A stretch of DNA of 63,941 nt from Octopus bimaculoides (taxonomy: Eukaryota). Made by a program: the position numbers and the translations under genes. The notes beneath the pieces were generated by a model. It was given only the letters and a program-made list of their open reading frames with translations. It did not search any database and was not told the DNA's origin. Of this stretch, positions 61,101-63,941 are shown piece after piece. Numbering within the stretch: position 1 is the first letter of the stretch; the number at the start of each line of letters is the position of its first letter. Location of the stretch: positions 87,851,844-87,915,784 of the forward strand of contig NC_068981.1 in assembly GCF_001194135.2 (NCBI RefSeq), read 5' to 3'.

Positions 61101-63560
61101 GCTAATCTATTGAGTCATGTTGGTCACATTATCCTAGGAATGAATACTGTACAACTTTACATGAAAGTACCAGGTTCTCGGACACCAGGTAAGCTTCATA
61201 ATTATTGTCCTATTAATGAAACCTTTCATCAGTATTTTAGCAGCAGAAGTCCTACTTTTATCAGGTAATGTTTTCTTGATGTTTTATATTTTTTGACTGC
61301 TGAATCAGTTGTATTCTATCATATCTTTGCTTTTAAGGCAAATAAATGGCAAAGTCAGTAAAATGCATTCAAAATGCCTTTGTTGTATTTAGCTGAGTTC
61401 TTTTATGTACAAAAGTTCAAATTCCATTAAGGTTGATTTTGCCTTTAATCCTTAAGGAGTAATTATCACCACTTACCCTCAAATTTGTGACTTTCTGCCA
61501 ATGGTTAATAATTATTATATAGATTTTTTTTTTCTTAAGGGAGGGGGTAAATTGATGTGAAGAGCAATTTTCCTATCTGCATAACTGGAAACTTCAATAC
61601 AAGCAAAAAAAAAACAAACAAATGTGGACAATTAACAGGTATGAATGTCCAAGGCTCACAAAGGTTTTTCTGATGTCAAAAGTAACTTTTTGTGAAGTTC
61701 TCAAGTGCAAGGCTTGGAGAGGTTACCTTCCTGGAAAAGGCAACAAATAAAAATCTTGGGAAGTGAAGGATATGAGATTATGTTGCAGCTGATAGGGAGC
61801 TTTTTGTACACAACACTAGGCCTCTGTATTATCAACTGGAAAACTTTTTCTTTTCTTTTGTACCCTCCGACAGTGAATGGCACTAATCTATGAAAAATGT
61901 GGTCACAAGCAGTTTGGTTTGGTTTGGTTTGGTTTCACTGCTTACAACAGAGCAAACTTTGCAAAAGGAAATAGCAGAGAAAATAGTGATATTAAACTGG
62001 CTGCCATGTTGGATTTAATTTCTATCCGAGAGGACTTATGGTGCTTTATAGTGATATGAAGACTAAAGGGGTTGTCTTATAGTATTGAAAGAGTTCCCTA
62101 TTTGCCCTGTATTAGTGGGTAATTATTCTCTTAAATAGGCTATCTGATGGTTTGTTACATAAAAGTAAGATAGTTTGTACCTTTGCAAAATTATCAGAAT
62201 AATAGGCACATAGGGTGAGAGGGAAAGAAAGAAGTAAGAAGTTAATTTGTGTGAGAGAAGTACATTGAGAAAGAGAGAGAGTGCAAGAAGGCAGTAACTA
62301 AAAGAAGCTACATTTAAAAAGCAATACTTTCTTGTCATCGACAACAGATGTTGAATATTCTATTTTTAGCATAGCTTATGCATTCATTATCATCATCATT
62401 TAACATCCATTTTTCATGCTGGCATGAGTTGGATGGTTTGACAGGAGCTGGCTCGCTGGAGATCTGCACTAGGCTCCAATAGTCTGTTTCCGCATAGTGT
62501 CTACAGCTGGATGCCCTTCCTAATGCCAACCACCTTACAGAATGCACTGGTTGCTATGTGGCACTAGCACAAATGCTTTTTACATGGTGCTAACATGGAT
62601 GCTTTTTATGTGGCAGCAGCATGGGTATGACATCATGGTGTCAGCATGGTAATACAAATACAAATTTATGTTTTTAATTCTATATCGTCCGGTTGTAAAA
62701 TTGAAAAATTTTTTGATGTCTGTTTTTTCTTAACATCGTATGAATGATAACTTAATGTATTCTTTTTAATATTCATATAATTAAAAACTTAACTCTTATA
62801 AACTAACAAGGGTCAATCTGTCAGCTCAGTCTTTTTGTGCTAGAAGTGAAGAGATTAATTTCATGAAGAATGTGTAGTTTCTTTGTCTATTGAGGCCCAG
62901 AATAAGAAAGCAAAAATCAGCTTGATTTTCAGATCCACAGTCATTGATATAGTATTGAATATCTGCAAGTAAATGTTTAATTACTTTATTTTTGTATTTT
63001 ACTTATATTTCGATTTTTTTTTAATTTTTATTTTTTAAGGTCATCAAGAAAATAATAATTTTTGTTCAGTTAACATTAACATTGGACCTGGTGATTGTGA
63101 ATGGTTTGCTGTTCCAGATGAATATTGGGGAGTTATCAATGCTTTGTGTGAAAAGTAAGTTGGCACTGCTTCTAATATTTTTCAGAATTATTCAAAGAAA
63201 ATTAAAATTATTTTACTTAATATTCAGCAGTCACTGCACTTTACTACAATAGTAAATTGAAACATAATATCAAGAAATATCTGTTCAACTTAAATACATA
63301 AAAAATTTGAAGTGTAATATTTGATGTTTCAGTCTCCTTTAAGAGAAGCTTCAATTTTATATGGTGTATATTTACACTGCCACTTTTTTTATACTCTTTA
63401 TCATTTTTATTATAGAAATAATGTGAATTATCTTTGGGGCTCTTGGTGGCCTGTTCTTGAAGAATTATATGAAGCCAATGTTCCTGTTTATCGTTTCATT
63501 CAAAAGCCTGGTGATCTTGTTTGGGTTAATGCTGGTACTGTTCACTGGGTTCAAGCTATT
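18300..63560 (+). CDS. KDM6A: Lysine-specific demethylase 6A/UTX (H3K27me2/3 demethylase), partial multi-exon CDS; 20 exons, about 845 codons, 5' and 3' ends not in window
   Basis: Manually spliced exons give one open frame with UTX motifs [89 protein letters not shown] and [19 protein letters not shown] repeats distinguish it from KDM6B. Confidence 0.97.
21844..22135. other. Assembly gap (292 N); smaller 10-N gaps at 40427-40436 and 59924-59933
   Basis: N runs. Confidence 1.
22400..22535 (+). repeat. Degenerate interstitial telomere-like (TTAGGG)-type array
   Basis: gggttagggttttagggtcagggttagggtttagg...agggtcagggttagggttaggtttagggttag. Confidence 0.85.
23220..24240 (-). mobile_element. 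Second mariner relic
   Basis: [14 protein letters not shown] and [21 protein letters not shown]-like motifs. Confidence 0.75.
25600..25860 (+). mobile_element. RTE 3'-UTR/tail copy
   Basis: Homologous to 6714-7220; ends atgctagcatggaaaacagatgttaaatgatgatgatg. Confidence 0.8.
26180..27400 (-). mobile_element. Cut-and-paste transposase relic, probably CMC/Chapaev-like
   Basis: [51 protein letters not shown], and [13 protein letters not shown]...M...C; superfamily assignment from memory of these motifs. Confidence 0.6.
27662..27716 (+). CDS. KDM6A: KDM6A exon ([18 protein letters not shown]), 55 nt
   Basis: gacag acceptor, gtaagt donor, phase fits; similar to human HFQLALVDCNPCTLSNAE. Confidence 0.9.
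29384..29418 (+). CDS. KDM6A: KDM6A micro-exon ([12 protein letters not shown]), 35 nt
   Basis: Long polypyrimidine tract plus ccag acceptor, gttagt donor; similar to human IQFHIAHLYETQ. Confidence 0.9.
30540..32950 (-). mobile_element. Tigger/pogo-family DNA transposon, near full length, transposase pseudogenised
   Basis: TIRs CAGGCATACCTC (30540) and GAGGTATGCCTA followed by TA (to 32950); minus-strand fragments include a CENP-B-like [26 protein letters not shown] and [10 protein letters not shown]. Confidence 0.92.
30900..32505 (-). pseudogene. Frameshifted Tigger-type DDE transposase
   Basis: ATG at 32505 ([10 protein letters not shown]...) continues through ORF fragments 32114..32380, 31850..32113, 31597..31941 and 31197..31559. 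Confidence 0.88.
33070..33163 (+). CDS. KDM6A: KDM6A exon ([31 protein letters not shown]), 94 nt
   Basis: poly-T ag acceptor, gtaaaa donor, phase fits. Confidence 0.92.
33586..33745. mobile_element. Probable small piggyBac-type non-autonomous element with paired internal palindromes
   Basis: Starts CCCTTAACACAT, ends ATGCAAGAGGA followed by TTAA; CpG-rich interior with GGCCAC(G/A)ATCGTGGCC twice; left TTAA not intact. Confidence 0.45.
34867..34993 (+). CDS. KDM6A: KDM6A exon ([43 protein letters not shown]), 127 nt
   Basis: ttctag acceptor, gttggt donor; TPR motif. Confidence 0.94.
35996..36094 (+). CDS. KDM6A: KDM6A exon ([33 protein letters not shown]), 99 nt
   Basis: ttcag acceptor, gtaagt donor; ADTWCSIG motif. 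Confidence 0.95.
37292..37464 (+). CDS. KDM6A: KDM6A exon ([57 protein letters not shown]), 173 nt
   Basis: Within ORF 37161..37475; gttag acceptor, gtattt donor. Confidence 0.96.
37690..38015 (+). mobile_element. RTE 3'-UTR/tail copy
   Basis: ctcaagaagacc ORF end, repeat units, cccatgccagcatgg, gatgatgatg. Confidence 0.82.
38125..38209 (+). CDS. KDM6A: KDM6A exon ([29 protein letters not shown]), 85 nt
   Basis: ttgcag acceptor, gtaggg donor, phase fits; similar to human LAARIKYLQAQL. Confidence 0.88.
39115..39525 (+). mobile_element. RTE 3'-UTR copy joined to a tRNA-SINE tail
   Basis: RTE tail up to catggaaagcgga, then gactaaaggcgatgctccagcatggccacagtcaaataactgaaacaagtaaaaga. Confidence 0.78.
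39705..39760. repeat. (GA)n microsatellite, followed by degenerate GACA repeats to about 39970
   Basis: Read directly. Confidence 0.93.
40121..40426. repeat. Compound trinucleotide microsatellite (TAC)n-(GTA)n-(GAT)n-(CAA/AAT)n
   Basis: Read directly from the sequence. Confidence 0.97.
40590..41260 (-). mobile_element. Decayed non-LTR RT fragment of a different family (CR1/L2-like)
   Basis: [29 protein letters not shown] and DIGKAF-like motifs across shifted frames. Confidence 0.6.
42499..42595 (+). CDS. KDM6A: KDM6A exon ([32 protein letters not shown]), 97 nt
   Basis: poly-T ccag acceptor, gttggt donor; [16 protein letters not shown] motif. Confidence 0.95.
42958..43180. mobile_element. 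piggyBac-type TTAA MITE, unsplit copy (others at about 17540-17760 and 36755-36909)
   Basis: ttaagcctttagcattt...atctgaatgttgaagga; the 36909 copy ends aatgctaaagggttaa; copies share the same interior. Confidence 0.7.
44621..44835 (+). mobile_element. Second tRNA-derived SINE family; other copies at about 45430-45570 and 41960-42050
   Basis: TGGCAGAATTG A box-like, GAGTTCAAATTCC B box-like; shared ggtcaataaaataagt core. Confidence 0.75.
45960..46121 (+). CDS. KDM6A: KDM6A linker exon ([12 protein letters not shown]...TPTPASRKR), 162 nt
   Basis: Within ORF 45945..46163; cacag acceptor, gtaaat donor; phase 0/0 fits; low complexity so homology is not checkable by eye. Confidence 0.75.
46577..46957 (-). 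mobile_element. tRNA-head SINE with internal (CA)n; partial copies near 4070-4265, 6000-6140, 58360-58640 and 63640-63800
   Basis: Minus-strand head GAGTGGCTGTGTGG (A box-like) and GGTTCATTCCC (B box-like), followed by ggcaccttgggcaa; tail ccagcatggccgcagtcaaatgactgaaacaagtaaaagagta. Confidence 0.85.
48170..48790 (+). mobile_element. Older, heavily decayed RTE LINE fragment
   Basis: tatgctgatgat (YADD), then [11 protein letters not shown] remnant and gaaatgaagtgagcatgctttgctgg (RNE..SML.W). Confidence 0.7.
49066..49197. repeat. (GT)n followed by long (CT)n microsatellite
   Basis: Read directly; source of spurious ER-repeat ORFs. Confidence 0.97.
49992..50526 (+). CDS. KDM6A: KDM6A large linker exon ([12 protein letters not shown]...[19 protein letters not shown]), 535 nt
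   Basis: Contains ORF 50031..50534; caacag acceptor, gtaagt donor; end resembles the UTX SIYxSxxEVLKAC motif. Confidence 0.88.
51735..51847 (+). CDS. KDM6A: KDM6A exon ([38 protein letters not shown]), 113 nt
   Basis: atag acceptor, gtaagg donor; YPPLPKxxLNPPTPS motif. Confidence 0.95.
52956..53055 (+). CDS. KDM6A: KDM6A exon ([33 protein letters not shown]), 100 nt
   Basis: tatag acceptor, gtaagt donor; [10 protein letters not shown] motif. Confidence 0.96.
53254..53346. repeat. 33-bp minisatellite, about 3 copies
   Basis: Unit TAGCACTTCCTT(A/G)CTTTGTT(C/T)CCT(C/A)GGTATTC. Confidence 0.9.
54455..55200 (-). mobile_element. APE endonuclease region of an RTE-clade LINE (isolated 5' fragment, with frameshifts and stops)
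   Basis: Minus-strand translation [70 protein letters not shown]. Confidence 0.9.
55335..55440. repeat. 22-29 bp minisatellite, 4 copies
   Basis: Unit TTAGAAAATAGATACATCACATTCTTCAG with internal deletions. Confidence 0.9.
55702..56010 (-). mobile_element. RTE 3'-UTR/tail copy, relatively young (CpG retained)
   Basis: catcatcatcatcgtttaacgtccgctttccatgctagcatggg... Confidence 0.88.
56052..56122 (+). CDS. KDM6A: KDM6A exon ([24 protein letters not shown]), 71 nt
   Basis: tttag acceptor, gtaaga donor. Confidence 0.96.
56477..56608 (+). CDS. KDM6A: KDM6A exon ([44 protein letters not shown]), 132 nt
   Basis: tttag acceptor, gtaaga donor; [15 protein letters not shown] motif. Confidence 0.96.
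56628..57837 (+). mobile_element. 5'-truncated RTE-clade LINE copy (PHD-like insert, post-RT region, 3' UTR, (GAT)n tail)
   Basis: Translates [64 protein letters not shown]; homologous to 6714-8000; tail gatgatgatgat. Confidence 0.92.
58958..59031 (+). CDS. KDM6A: KDM6A exon ([25 protein letters not shown]), 74 nt
   Basis: ttccag acceptor, gtaagt donor, phase 0/2 fits; similar to human EENEK...DSES. Confidence 0.88.
59090..59340 (-). mobile_element. Short mariner 3'-end fragment
   Basis: ORF 58984..59202 begins [26 protein letters not shown], resembling mariner EFY.RGI..L..RW.KCV..NG.YF. Confidence 0.65.
59966..60068 (+). CDS. KDM6A: KDM6A exon ([34 protein letters not shown]), 103 nt
   Basis: aacag acceptor after long poly-T, gtatgt donor; IKFGTNxDLSD motif. 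Confidence 0.95.
61089..61188 (+). CDS. KDM6A: KDM6A JmjC exon ([33 protein letters not shown]), 100 nt
   Basis: tgtag acceptor, gtaagc donor. Confidence 0.97.
62385..62650 (-). mobile_element. RTE 3'-UTR/tail copy
   Basis: catcatcatttaacatccatttttcatgctggcatgag...ctacagctggatgcccttcctaatgccaacc. Confidence 0.82.
63040..63154 (+). CDS. KDM6A: KDM6A JmjC exon with HxE iron ligands ([39 protein letters not shown]), 115 nt
   Basis: ttaag acceptor, gtaagt donor. Confidence 0.97.
63416..63560 (+). CDS. KDM6A: KDM6A JmjC exon with distal His ([48 protein letters not shown]), 145 nt
   Basis: Within ORF 63321..63617; tatag acceptor, gtaagt donor. Confidence 0.97.
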
Positions 63561-63941
63561 GTAAGTATCATTAACTCTTCACTTGTATGTAATTTTAATC
63601 TTCCATCTTTGAACTAAAACTCTTTTTTAAAATGTACAGATGCTTCCACCTGGTAACTTGGGTTATGAGAGTGGCATCTTTATCATAGCTTTTGTTGGGA
63701 GTCACTCACAACAAAAGCCATTGTGGTAGATGGAAACTGTTTAGAAGCCTGCTGGATGGATTGTACCTGTAATTCAGAGGTCAAACCATGTCACACAGTC
63801 ATGCTGATTTGAGGACATGCATCTCTTTGGAATACACAGCCAATTTGCATGTTAAGCTAATGAGTAGGTCTTCCACTTGATTGAACAACTGGTCTGTCAT
63901 TCCAAATAGACAGGAGCTTATATATATATATATATATATAT

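Overview
AT-rich, intron-dominated animal genomic DNA. The repeat families look like those of Octopus (coleoid cephalopod); this is recognition only, not a database match. The window lies inside one plus-strand gene, the H3K27 demethylase KDM6A/UTX. I could read 20 coding exons between 18300 and 63560 (2536 nt, all GT-AG, reading phase consistent throughout). They encode the TPR repeats, an S/T/N/Q-rich linker and most of the JmjC domain, with the Fe(II) ligands H-x-E and the distal H intact. The 5' exons and the last 3' exons were not found in the window. The introns hold several fragments of one RTE-clade LINE family (APE endonuclease, RT and 3' UTR pieces), SINEs, piggyBac-type TTAA MITEs, a near full-length Tigger/pogo element, mariner relics, a probable Chapaev-like relic, a decayed 5S rRNA-derived sequence, degenerate telomere-like repeats, microsatellites and three N gaps. 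The most striking observation is a canonical C4HC3 PHD finger inserted in frame inside the reverse-transcriptase region of the RTE LINE, seen in three independent copies. Other leads: a possible 5S-headed SINE, an inverted pair of hammerhead-like relics, inverted LINE tails flanking JmjC-region exons, and substitutions in otherwise conserved UTX motifs.
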